The notes under the pieces: model-generated
Database searches by the model: none
The model's input: the letters and a program-made list of their open reading frames with translations, nothing else
Told to the model about the DNA's origin: nothing
Shown: positions 1 through 13,510 of the stretch, piece by piece
Layout of the letters: the number at the start of each line of letters is the position of its first letter
How positions within the stretch are numbered: the stretch's first letter is position 1
Made by a program: the position numbers and the translations under genes
Origin: Octopus vulgaris
Taxonomy: Eukaryota
NCBI GenBank assembly: GCA_951406725.2
Contig: OX597816.1
Span: 80,910,001 to 80,974,000, forward strand
Reading direction: 5' to 3'
Length of the DNA stretch: 64,000 nt

Positions 1-1852
1 AAAATTTCATCGACAAACATTTACTCGCCACATAGAACGAAAAAGTAATCAGTATTTGCCCCGGTTCCGGACTCTACATGTATCAAAGACCAACTTAGAT
101 ACACCTATTCTATGTAGATGGACAGTATAAATGGAATCGATCCGTATACCAGTGTCATCTTAAGGCCCGGGCACACTGGGCAACTGTCTGGAGGCTTTAT
201 TTGTCTGAGAGCTTAATTCTGTTCCATTATGTTGTAGCTTGGTGTTAGTAAATACTATAGAACCCAGTGCATTAATTTGCCAAGGGTTTATAATGCAGCG
301 AAGACGGTCCTGCCATATACCACATCCCTGCATTAATGAAAATCGATTTTGCGTCCATGTAAGCTACATTCTAACTTTCCTCTCGGTTCTGATAGGTTTG
401 ACTTCACATGCCCTTCAGTAGAACACTTGTAAATATTACAATGCTTCCATTGTTTTTTCTGCCTATTTAATGCTAGGTACATTGCGCCTCTGAGATACAG
501 GTGACTTGAGTAAGAGCAGAGCGTAATCTCATTGACAAACTAAACATTAATTAAGCAGAGGTAGCTTTGTTAAACTTTTCATTTATCTGTCAATATTTTC
601 ATTTATTTCGTCAATTTATATTAGGGAATTGATAAATTTTCATAGATCTGATAGTAAAGCTGTCTAGTCACATTGGTTTCACCTATATGTGCAAATGCAC
701 TTATAGCAAGCATATTCCAGCTTCAAATGTGAGGCTATGTGTTTCTCAATAAAATATCTAACACACGTAATTCAATCAATTTTTTTATATCGTTCTTTTT
801 CTCTATGTGTGTGTGATAGAGGTAATTGATTTTTAAACTTTTGTTATTGCTTAAGCATGTCAGGTGAGTCGAGTGACATATATTCTTAATTCCAGTTACT
901 TTGTGACACATTGCTCTTGTTGCCAGCTACTACAACTTCGCAAAATCACCAACGACTACTATACAGTCACCAGAACTGCTATCACCATTACATTTAGCGC
1001 TGCCATTAAAAACCATGAGGCCAACATCAACATTGCTATTACATCTACCACTTGTATTACTTACACACATCAGTTACACTATGAGTATTACAATCGATGC
1101 AACTACCTGTGCTGATATTACACGCGCGCGCGCTTACACACACACATACACATTACATCTTTTAACACTACCGTTATAAACATTCGTCACTACAATTACC
1201 ACTATAGCATAAAATATCAACACTATTTCCATAGCCAACATCACCAGCGTTGCCACATGTAATGATCACATATATCTCTTGCATACGCTCAAATGCATCT
1301 ATCACCGCCAACGCCAACATCACTGTCTCCGCTATCGACACCGTCGCTTTTAAACACGTATACCTCTACAACTATGACTCCGACACTTCCACTACAAATC
1401 TACCACCAAAATTACCATCACCGCCGCATCTACAACCAACATCATCATCATCATCACAATCAACAACATCACGTAAATATATTAGATATTGTGTTAGTTT
1501 TACTTCAATTTATTCTATATGACAGTCTATTTTCAAAGATTTCTTCGGTTACATTTTTGACTGACATTTAAATATGAACATTCCACGGAAATATTTTCAC
1601 CAAATTCCTTATACTTAGGAATTATTTATAACACTATATATCCAGAAATATGTATTTATTTTATACGCGAACATATGAATATTTGTGAAATAGATTGACA
1701 GAAAGGGAAAGAGAGAAAGAGAGACAGAGAGAAAGAGAGACAGGGAGAGAAAGAGAGACAGAGATATAGAGGTGAGACAGGTGTATTTGTCCATATGATT
1801 TTATTGATACATGCATAAATACATACACACACACACACACACACACAATTTA

Positions 1853-2040
1853 TCTTTTTGTTCCAGTCACTGGGCTGTGCCATGCTGTCGCACCATTTTT
1901 CAGGGGTTTTAGACTAAGAGATCGACACCAGTTCATTATTTTATGCATGTTACTTATTCTACCGGCCACCATTTGCGGTACCGCTAACCAAACCATCGCC
2001 AGTAGTCAAGAGGTGGGGCGGGGGACAAACACACACACAT
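1853..2040 (-). mobile_element. Degenerate 3' part of tRNA-derived SINE family A
   Basis: Aligns by eye with the 3' half of the near-complete copy at 43522-43929 (ccagtca..gccatgct..atcgac.ccag..tacttattcta..ggggacaaacac). Confidence 0.7.
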
Positions 2041-2282
2041 AGAAGGGCAATGGATTCGGACAAACGGAGATTCGTTGTGATATTAAGTTCTAAGTTCAAC
2101 TCGAACCAAGTCGAAGGTACAAATAGAAATTAACTATTCCATACCGCATTAAATATGTTGTTTTATGCCAATGTTTCTAAAATTTTATTTTGTAGATTAT
2201 TTGCAATCATATATTACAGAATGCAGATATACACACCCAGGTAAATTTATATACACATATATCGTAATGTGTTGTTATTATC

Positions 2283-2769
2283 ATCAGTGAGTGAGAGAGC
2301 AGCGCATTCCACCTAAGTAGCACTGGGGTACAAATATACGAAGCCCAATATGCCCATCATGGCTACCATATGTTAGCGACATATCAAGATAAGCATCACA
2401 TGATCTCGCAGGATGGCCCAGTTAGAAGTACCTTCAGGTCGAGTAGCCCATCAAGCTCAAAAGGTCCTTGAATATGGTTTGTTTAAGGCTGATGAACAAA
2501 ACACCCATGTTTCCAGAAGTGAATTATTCAAACCTCAAAGAATTCCTCTCAACATATGGCTATGATGCTCCCCCCACAACTACTTCTCGTGATCAGAGAT
2601 GCACATATCGTCAATCATTAAGTGACATGGTCACCTGCTTAAGGTCAAGCAACTGAGAAACGAATCTCTGGTATTGAGCAAAATATGCGCTGTAGCTCAT
2701 CTTTTATATCAAGGCAAAACATATACATGATAACACGTCTGATCATTTAAGATCAAAAGCCATGAAAGT

Positions 2770-2770
<1 letters not shown>
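2283..2770 (-). mobile_element. Unclassified interspersed repeat ending in an AAT/AAC tail (probable long 3' end of a non-LTR element)
   Basis: Reverse-complement similarity to 45197-45546 (gggggagcatcata.ccat.tgttgagaggaa; gaataattc.c.tctggaaacatgggtg; gctgctct.tcactca). Both end in AAT-like repeats. Confidence 0.7.
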
Positions 2771-2830
<60 letters not shown>

Positions 2831-2854
2831 ACTACTACTACTACTACTACTACT
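2771..2854. repeat. Compound microsatellite (ACT)n-(GCT)n-(ACT)n
   Basis: Direct reading. Confidence 0.95.
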
Positions 2855-2855
2855 A

Positions 2856-3167
2856 AAGCGATTGGGAAATACAAGCCAATAAAAGATGAGGTTGCACGAA
2901 TGTGGGCAATATAGCACGTAGTATAGGGGAGTTGGGTGCATGAAATAACCGGGTTTGAGAAATTTGTTGGAGAAATTGAGATTGACAAGAGGGTAGAACA
3001 TGCTCAGAAAACTGCTTTATTGGGGGGCAGCGAGGACTTTGAGATTGGTATTATATATTAAGTATCGTGGATGAAATCCTTGTGAGACCCTTGACAGCAG
3101 GTCGGTGTTCAATCTTACAAAATTAGCTAGAGCAAGTGAAATCTAGAGCTCTGAGAAATGAAACGAC
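2856..3167 (+). mobile_element. 3' fragment of R4/Dong-like non-LTR retrotransposon (end of RLE domain + 3' UTR)
   Basis: Manual translation across frameshifts gives KYKPIKDEVARMW..IGELG..GFEKFVGEIEIDKRVEHAQKTALLG..RTLRLVL, homologous to the C-terminus of ORF 13908-15434. Followed directly by (AAT)n. Confidence 0.8.
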
Positions 3168-3220
<53 letters not shown>

Positions 3221-3221
<1 letters not shown>

Positions 3222-3717
3222 CTTTTCTACTGTAGGCACAACGCCTGAAATTTGGGGCCAAGGATTATGTCGATTACATCGACCCCGAAACGATGAAACT
3301 CAGAACGTAACGATGGAAGATATGCAGATAATTATTTTCAGGATCTGAAAATATGGGAGTGGAGATAAGGCGATTACATCGACCTCAGTACTCAACTGGT
3401 ACTTATATTATCGATTCCGAAAGGATGAAAGGCAAAGTCGCCCTCGGCAGAATTTGAATTCAGAACATAGCGGCAGACGAAATACCTATTTCTTTACTAC
3501 CCACAAGGGGCTAAGCACAGAGAGGACAAACAAGGTCAGATAAACGGATTCAGCTGATTATATCGACCCCAGTGCGTAACTGGTACTTATTTAATCGACC
3601 TCGAAAGGATGAAAGGCAAAGTCGACCACGGCGGAATTTGAACTCAGAACATAGTGGCAGACGAAATACCACTTGGCATTTTGCCCGGCGTGCTAACGAT
3701 TCAGCCAGTTCGTCGGT
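3221..3717 (-). mobile_element. Tandem/nested fragments of tRNA-derived SINE family B (Meta-SINE-like core)
   Basis: Repeated atcgacccc..actggtactta..atcgac..gaaaggatgaaaggcaaagtcg..ggaatttgaactcagaac. Minus strand shows a B-box-like gagttcaaattcc. Flanked by (AAT)n on both sides. Confidence 0.85.
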
Positions 3718-3733
3718 TTACATAATAATGATG

Positions 3734-3799
<66 letters not shown>

Positions 3800-3810
3800 T
3801 CAGTTCAATA

Positions 3811-4122
3811 ATACAACCCAAACATAAAAACATTATCTATATAGTAAATATCCAATAAAATAAACAATCACCACAACATATACTCCTCAGGTCGGATGAA
3901 CAGCAGAAGAACACAATTCGCATTATACACACAACACAGAATACAAACACTAATACAAGAGAAGACTGCGAACAGACCCCATAAAAGAAGCAAAATGACG
4001 CAATACAACATGGGGAAGAGTTTGCACTCCCCCAACGAAGACTGAATGCTGCACACACCCCAGCAACACGAAGGTGCAGCAAGTGATGCAATAGAAATTT
4101 GCCTGAAACTACCAAATGTTGA
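3811..4122 (+). mobile_element. Probable 3' end remnant of an AAT-tailed retroelement
   Basis: About 310 bp of unique sequence bounded by (AAT)n on both sides, ending ..ccaaatgttg-aataataat. No clear protein motif. Confidence 0.4.
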
Positions 4123-4429
4123 ATAATAATAATAATAATAATGATAATAATAAATTCTGTCATCGGCAGAAGGTGAAACCGGATATAGTCGATTAGATTT
4201 ACTCTATTTTTTTACTGGTATTGAAGAAAAAGATAATCAAGACGAGATTGAGTCTAGATGATTGGAATGCAGTTACGCACTAAATAACACAAACCATTCA
4301 TCCTTGTTCTCGACCGTTTTTAACCAATCAGATTTAAAGAATCATTGATTTCATATTAAATTTACAATTTTGATAGCTAGATAGATAAATAGATTATTGA
4401 AAGATAGGTAGATATATAAATATATATAT

Positions 4430-4590
<161 letters not shown>

Positions 4591-5262
4591 AATTAATTAC
4601 TTTCATCGGTTTTACTGTTTAGTTTCTTTTATATTTATATTTCGCGAGCGAATATGAAGAATTCAGAAAATTCCTAAAATCCAAGGAATTAGAAGCTTAT
4701 CGGAATTATACACAACTTACATTTATTGATGTTTTACTATTACTTTATTTTTATTCTTTAATGAAAGCACTAATCCTATTTTGAACTAATATATTTGTTC
4801 AACTTCATTGCAACGATGAGAAGGGTGTAAATAGATAGTGAAGAAATCACTGCAGCGCAGTGAGTGGTTTTTAATATTTGAAGACGTGGAAGAATTGACT
4901 TGTCAAATACAAGTAGAAAATGATTATGCAGATGGAATTGTATTCGACGCTAAAGCTGATAGTGTTTTTACCGAAAGAGTTCATGACTATCCATTGGAAA
5001 CTCATAATCAGGATTGTAGGTGTATACGTAATGGTAACCTGTGAAAAACTTAATTGACTTTCTGAAAGACATAACACAACATTGTGTGTGTTTTATCAGC
5101 CACCTTTCACATTATTAAAATATAACCTATAAAACACTTATAAAGTAATAGCGTACTATTTATCTAAATACTAAAATTATGTGACCGTTTGTGTGGAGCG
5201 TGCGTATGTGTGTAAGTGTGTAGATATGTATGTACAGAGAGATGTGAGTGTGAATACATAAT

Positions 5263-5265
<3 letters not shown>

Positions 5266-5305
<40 letters not shown>

Positions 5306-5414
5306 ATATACATATATATATATATGTATATATACATACATATATATATATAATATATAACATATATATATATATATATATACATACATATATATTATAT
5401 AATACATATATATT

Positions 5415-5462
<48 letters not shown>

Positions 5463-5561
5463 CATATATATATACATATATACATACATACATATATACA
5501 TATATATTATATATATATATACATATATACATATATATTATATATACATATATATACATAT

Positions 5562-5592
<31 letters not shown>
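5266..5592. repeat. Imperfect (TA)n/(TACA)n microsatellite
   Basis: Direct reading. Confidence 0.95.
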
Positions 5593-7631
5593 CACGCTCA
5601 AAAACGCACACATGGGTGCACATAATATGTATATGCATACATTTGTTGTTTGCACACATATATGAATAAACATATGCTTATTTATATGTCTATACGTACA
5701 CAGAGACATACGCGCGCGCACATACACACACACACAGCATATTGTATTTCCCGCGTGTATGTGTGCGTGAGGAATAGAATATTTAATTATAATTTTCCTT
5801 TAATCTGCTGGCTTATAGTTCTGGAAGCCAATTGTGTCTAGAGGGATATTTCTCTGATATTTCAAGGTAAACAAAATAACATTGAAAATCTAGAAGGTCA
5901 ATCGAAATCTTCCGCAACCATAAATCCTGTGTTTGTTGACACGAAAAATGGACCAGTAATCCTTAAGCTCAAATCTCTAAGTAGCAATTAAACAAATAAC
6001 AAAAAGTTCAAAGCTAACCGCCAAGGATAGAAGATTGCGACTACGCTTTAGTATCTATATTTCCTGAATACTTTAAGCGTGGCCGAGTCATGAGAGGAGT
6101 CCTTACTCCATAACTCGATGTTGTAAGAACTAGCAGTAAAATTGCTTTCCAGCTGACTTCACCGCCTTCAAAAAATACATTCTATACCGTAAATCTAGAT
6201 ACTCTGCCTCAGAAACAGACGTGGTGGACGTTTTTCAAACACCTTTGCTTCATGAAACAACTACCAGGCAAGTGATAGATGAAATGCCGACATTAAAGTA
6301 GAAAAAGACTCCCGTCAAATAGTAAGTAGTTACATGCACCTTAGTCTATTAAATGTATTTCAAAACAAACATATGATATAAGCTATATATATATACATAA
6401 ACAAACTCACAAACACATATGAAATTGAAATCCTTTGTCATGACTCAACTTTCACACATCAGCGATCTTTAGGCGAAAACTCTACAATAATTATTGAGTA
6501 CTTTTTACATCGTTCATCGAGGAAGTATAAAGTTTGAACTTATATGTGAGAAAGAGAGAGAGAGAGAGAGTGAGGGCGAGAGTGTGTGTGAGAGAGAGAG
6601 AGAGTGTGTATGAGAGAGAGTGTGTGTGTGAGAGAGAAATGTGTGAGAGAGAGAGAGTGTGTGTGTGAGAGAGAGGGAGTGTGTGTGAGAAAGCGAGATA
6701 AAGAAAGAGGAGTGTGTGTGTGTGTGTGTGTGTGAAAAGAAGTGTATGCGTGCGTGTATGTTGTACATTTTAAAGAGAGAGACAGAAAAAGACACAAAGC
6801 AATAGGGTAAGATAACAGCTGAACTAAGAACATGTATGTTTGTGTGTATATGTGTGTGTGCGTTTCCGCATGTATGTGTGTGTGTGTGTTTGTATAAAAG
6901 GGGAGGAGAGAGAAAGTCAAATATATATGTTTGCGTGTATTTATGCATATATGTATTATGTATGCATGTATGTACATGCACGTCGCATGCCGATGTATCT
7001 GCAGCACAAGTTATCTCGATTCATCAGAATGATGCAAGGGCGTAAAGTGGGTTTCCGTCGTACGATGATAGCATTTATTTACCTTATACCATATGCGTCA
7101 ATAGAATAATCGGTGACAATTGCAGGCAGAAATCAAACCGATCATTCGGGTGAGATAATAGCCGTATCAATATATTCTATCCAGCTCAGGCTTTTTTCTC
7201 ACATGAAAGATTCCGATGAAAAATCCTGTAATGTAGAGAACAGTACTAGCCGCTTTCTTTTTTTCTTTTTTTTTTTTTTCCTTTTAACGAGCTCCGTTGA
7301 ACATCGTTTCGGGATGGGTTGGGTTGTGTTGCGTTGGGTGGAAGTCTTCGTTGGGTTTGCTTACTGGCGGGTTGGAAGGTTCGATAGTAATGGAGATAAG
7401 AAGGGAAGTCGATGTTATTGCCTTCGATGAATAAACGAACGAACGTGCGAATTAAGGAACGAAAGAATAAATGAATGTAAGGTGGTAAAAATTCTTTTTA
7501 TATACGTGATATGTAAGACGGGAAGGATGTAAATCTTTAAAAGTAAAAAACCAACATATCTATATTTCTGTGTGCGTGTTTTGTGTGTGTGCGTGCGTTT
7601 ATATACATACACGCACAGATATATATTATAT

Positions 7632-7751
<120 letters not shown>

Positions 7752-10386
7752 GCGATTGTGGATCCGAGTTTATGTATATAAATGGGTCTGTGTGTATGAA
7801 CGTAAATATGTAGAAATACTTGTACTCACATATGTACAAGCATTGAATCTTGCTCTGGAAATCAATACAAAACGGCATTACGACTACTTAAATACACAAA
7901 TACACACGTCGGAACATTCCAATATTACGCTATGTTCGAATACACATCCATGCACACACACACACACGCACACGCTCACATATACGCACACACACGCGCA
8001 CACACACTCACATATTTGTATATGCGTGTGTATATTTTTGAGTATCTGTGTGTGTTTTTATGTGTTTATATGTCTTCTTTTTTTCCCTTTATATTATATC
8101 AATTTTAAATATGGAAATGTTTTTTTTTTCTTCTCCCTTTTTGCAATTTTTACCATTAGTCAACAAATATGTTTTTCTTGAATATATTCTTCGTATTTCT
8201 TCAGCAAAATAGCAATTACGAAATAAAGATATCTTCTTTAAAAGGCAAGAACACATCTTATCATCAATCCTATTTATTCATTTCCAATTGAAAGCCTGGC
8301 AATTCAGCTTATACCATTAAATTACTATTGCATTTTATTAGAACGTAAATGTCAATATCGTGAAGAACGGCCGCTGTTATTCATACAGCTTTCGTCATTT
8401 ATGAATATCCCAGATATATAGAATACCTTATAATGCTAAACGGACGATTCCGTTGTCAAAGTTCCCACGAACAAACACTTCAACATGAAATGCTAAATAT
8501 GATTTGAAATATGTTTTACTTTTCTGACCAAGCTATGAATAGCAAATAATGATAAATCAATAAAAATATAAATAACAAAATGAACTTTTTTTTCAATGAA
8601 AAATTTCCTTAATCGATGTCTGTATGCATAGGTGGGTGCGTGTGATGGTATATATATAAATATACACATATACATATGTATGTGTGTATATATATTTATA
8701 TATATGTACACATACATACATACATACACGCACACTCATATATATATATATACAGACATACCTATATACACCCTCTAGTTGAAATCAATAAGAGAAACAG
8801 AATAAAAGAATATATAGGTATACACATATATGTATACATATATGCATATATATATATGTATATATATGTACATATACGTATATATACATACATACACACA
8901 GACTCACTCACACACACAAATATATATACATAACCACACCTCCTGGCCGCAAGCAGCGAGAGAATAAATGAATAAATCTTATATATATATACGCATACAT
9001 GTATTGTACACATATAGTGATATATATTTGCACCACATACACACATGTGTGTGTCTGTGTATATTTATGGCGTTCTATGTGTAATGCATTATGCAAATAT
9101 GATTTATGAATATCATACATTTTACAATATATACTATGTATGTGAATTTGTGAATAAGGGGTGTGTTATTGTTGTAATTGTTCTTGTTGTCCTGATTCTT
9201 GTTGTTCAACCTCATTTCAGCCTTGATTAAGAAGTCCTATATCCCTAAAGTAATCTTAGTTGTCATTTTTCCGTTCTTCTATAGCTACGTATGACCACAT
9301 TGGCGAATATTTGCAGTCATCTTAAGGTTGTACAGTTATTTGCGAACGGTATTTTGTAGCTATTTCTTGTAGGACGAGTATTTTCGAAAAGTGTCTGTCT
9401 TTACGAGAGCTGTGGAAAACCAAATCCAGAGCACATAATCCCCTTTGCTCTATGCCTCTTTAAAATACTTTCTGAAAAGGTCATGGAGAAAAATCCCTTT
9501 TATAACTTCAATATATAATGCCAAATTTCATATGGATTTATAATTTCTTGCTCATTCTGCTTTACATTGGACAAGAAATAATTACATCGAGAGAATAAAA
9601 AAAATAGTCCATTCTACCAACTGAAAAATCAATAGAAGAGAAAGTGACGTGTCAGAATGAACGATATGAAACACTTTTTATTACTAACAGGAAAAATTAG
9701 TTATTCACAATCGGGAATTAAATGTACGAAGATGTTTATCATATCTGCCCATAAACAGCCAAAGGCTACTTCCAGTCAGAAATTGTGACAGATGGGACAT
9801 GTCTACGTTTTAGAATAATTTTATTGCAAAATAGATGCTGGTTTCGTTTTTATCAAGTAAAACCATTACAATCTGAAACAACTTGCCTAGTAAAAGGAAA
9901 ACACACACACTCGCACACATACAGAAACACACACTCTCACACACACACAAATACACACACGCATGCACACACAAACACACAATTAAGTGATTCTAAACTT
10001 ATTCCTCCTTTTAGCTCCTTTTTTACCTTCTTTCTGCAAAGCTATGGATTATAAATAACTTACAACTTAATTTTGACTTAAATTCGCTTATAGCATACGA
10101 TTCTTTGAACTGTAGCGATGAGTTATACATGTCTCGAAACCTACCTGAAGAGATGTTGGCAAAAAGAAACATAAATACGGATTAACAAATTCGAATTATT
10201 TTGAACATTAACCTCATAATAAATATAGAAATATAGTACAGATGATGGGGCGAGTGCAGCATTTCATAAGAACAATACAAGATACTAAATTTTGTGTGTG
10301 TGTGCGTGTGTTTTGTATGTGTTTTATTCAATCACATTTCCGTCTAAACGAGAAAAAGATTTTTTTTTTACCACATATTGCGTGTG

Positions 10387-10606
10387 GGAGTAAAGATTGT
10401 TTGCCAACATAAAATGGCAGTCCTGATTTAGGACGAATGTTGCTTTTCAAACAAGGGAATCTAACACCCCCACCCTTGTTCGAAACTATAAGGACACAAA
10501 CCGTGCCGTATAGCCAGCTGAAGACGATGTCTCCTGGGGCTAAATTACAGCAACATTCGTCCTAAACCAGGACTGCCATGTTATGCTGGCAAACAATCTT
10601 TACTCC
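10387..10606. mobile_element. MITE-like fold-back element with 58-bp inverted arms
   Basis: 10387-10444 is the reverse complement of 10549-10606 with 3 mismatches. The 104-bp interior contains further hairpins. No obvious TSD. Confidence 0.75.
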
Positions 10607-10879
10607 AAAGTACTGTTGCTGAATATCTAGTTGTGAGATTTAAAAATAGTAATTTTTTAATATTGTGTGTTTTATGAATTTTATCGCTGGCTTCAAGTCT
10701 CCCGGATATGTTTATCAAAATTTCATGTTTAATAGTGTTATCTTGTGAAAAGTGTTTCCTTCAGATGCTCTCCAATTTATTATAAACATGCATAGATGCA
10801 TATATAATACATACATACATACATACATACATACATACATACATACATACATACATACATACATACATACATACATACA

Positions 10880-10911
<32 letters not shown>

Positions 10912-12323
10912 GATGTAAACACTTCCTTTGTTACAAGTCATGGGCGATAATGTTACGAATCACATGTGTCTGATATACGTTCCTCGCTGGAATCAACAAA
11001 GCCAATAGCACATTTATGTATAACGCGTAATATGAGTGGCGAAAGATTAAGTGTCTGATTCTAGTTTTCCTCTGAATGGAAATAATCAGAGCCTTTTATC
11101 AGTTTACCATTGTCTGAGCTAATTACCCGTGTAAACGGTCAAAGCCTCTATAAAGGAAATGAACCGTGCAAGATATATCTGTAACATTCGAAATCAGCTG
11201 ATAAACGATTACGAAACTGGATTAGGACGACTGAGAAATGCATTTGTCTTTGAATTACGGATTAATGAAATTCGAAAAGGTGTTTGATGAATATGTTCAG
11301 AATCTGTTAGAAAACATGTTATAATCCTGGATGAGTAGATCAAATGGAAAACAAACTGATCGATAATACATTATTTAGGAAATAGATACATTTCTAGTAG
11401 AAAAATTAATTGATGAATGGTAGATAAATAAAGATAAGAAACGGTTATGTCTAGGCGATAGAAACCCATGGATTTTGCGTGTAAAGATAAAGTGACTCGC
11501 CTCCAAAATTGATTGACAAAACTAGACAGAGACTGAGATATTTAGTTTAGTAGAAATCATAGATAATCAAGGTAAAATGATTTCTAAATGAAAGTAACAA
11601 CACCCATAAAAGAAAGGAAATTCGTTATCAGTAAAAGAACATGCGTTCCCTCTGCAATCACAAACGAGTTGCCTTTTCGCTTTGCTTTTTCTACTGTATT
11701 ACAACGGTTTCTACTGTCCTGAGCTGTTTGGTTGGCATAAGTTCCACCACGTTATCCCACTGCTTCACATCCAACAATCATCCTTATTGTCCATAACTTT
11801 CTCTCTATAAATGAAACTCTCCGGAATTCCTTCCACGCCCACGTTTCTCATATACACGTGGACTTACAAAAGTTCAAACTAAACAGCGGCTGTATTGAGC
11901 TTAGTAATTTTGAAGAGCTTACGTGTTCTTAGAGCACGCTCTTTCCGCCTTCTTCACCAACAGATAAATAAATCAGTCAGATTGCTTTAACAAGCGTTTA
12001 AGTAACTAATGTTGTTTTCTTTATTCTTCTTTGTTTGTTGTTGCTGTTATATGGAAGCAACAAAGTGTCATATTACATCACATTCCACTGTGAGCAAGCA
12101 ATACTGCAATGAAGTGTGAATAAATAGAAACCGAAAAACATGCCCCAATAAAACAATTTGAAGATACAAATAATAATAATAATGGCAAATAACAGAAATA
12201 AACAACAATAATTCAGTTTTTCTAAATAATGATTAAGATGATGATAATGATGGTGGTGGTGGTGGTGGTGGTGGTGGTGGTGGTGGTGGTACTGATGATG
12301 ATTATAACAGCAACAACAACAGC

Positions 12324-12394
<71 letters not shown>

Positions 12395-13170
12395 TAATAT
12401 TTTACTTCTAACAACTTCTGTTCTTCGACACCTACACTAAATTTCTGAACCATTTCCAAGAATATTGGATTCTACAATCAATAATTTCGTTGCAAGGCTC
12501 TTTCTCTTTCTTTTCCTCTCTCTTTCTCTCTCTTTCTCTCCCTTCCACACTCTCTCTCCCCATCTTCTTTCTTTCTGTCTCTCTCTCTCTCTCTAGGAAC
12601 AAATAAAATAAAATTCATATAAAATAATACTTGTTTTGTTATCTTTTTTTTTAAGAGAAGGATTTCTCTACACCACCCCTCATTTTCCTCCTCTTTTTTT
12701 ATGATTTAAGATCCAATATCACATTTGAATAGTATCGAAATTATATGAATTATCAATAGCAGAAGGTAGTTATTCAAAATGAAAAGAGAAATTACATATT
12801 AAGCTTTTGAATGTGTGATTTAAGTGTGATTTAGGAAGATATTTTATAGAATTGTCTCTTTTTTCCCTCCTTTTCTATAATTTATTTTGTGAGAGGATTA
12901 AATATTAAAATATTTTCTTTAAAATATTTCCAACGCATTTCAAATTTTTTTGTTTGCTTGTTGTGATTTTGCACCTCTCTTTTTTTCTGTTTTTTGTTTG
13001 TTTGTTTGTTTTTTTTTGTTTTTTTTTAAAACCTTAATTGAATCCATGGGCGATTGATTGTATGATTGTAAAAATTTAAACGTCAAGAATGTCGGGGTTG
13101 GCTGGTTCAGTCTTTGTATTTTCGCTTAGTAATAAATAAATAAATATAATATAATATAATAATAATAATA

Positions 13171-13370
13171 ATCTTTTCTAATATAGGCACAATGCCTGAA
13201 ATTTGCTGGGAGGGTGTTAGTCGACTACATTGACCCCCGGAGCTCTACTGGTATTTATTTTATTGACCCCGGATGAAAGCAAAGTCAGCATCGGTGGTAT
13301 TTTGAACTCTGAACGTTATGACAGAAGAAATGTCGCTGAAAATCTTGACTGGAAACTAGCGATTCTGCCT
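13171..13370 (-). mobile_element. SINE family B copy (diverged)
   Basis: taggcacaa.gcctgaaattt..gtcgac..gacccc..gatgaaagcaaagtc..tgaactc.gaac..gattctgcc, lying between AAT tracts. Confidence 0.8.
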
Positions 13371-13510
13371 TTACAATAGTAATAATGATGATGACGATAA
13401 TAATAATAATAATGACGATCACGATAATAATAATGATGATGATCACGAACAACAACAACAATAATAATAATAATAATAATTATAATAATAATAATAATAA
13501 TAATAATAAA

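Noticed and set aside
864-1571. Thr/His-rich ORFs
   Set aside because: Decayed ACC/ATC/ACT-rich low-complexity sequence with no domain signal.
7083-7225. Minus-strand segment with good acceptor and donor-like signals
   Set aside because: Stop codons in all three frames. At most a non-coding exon, which cannot be supported from sequence alone.
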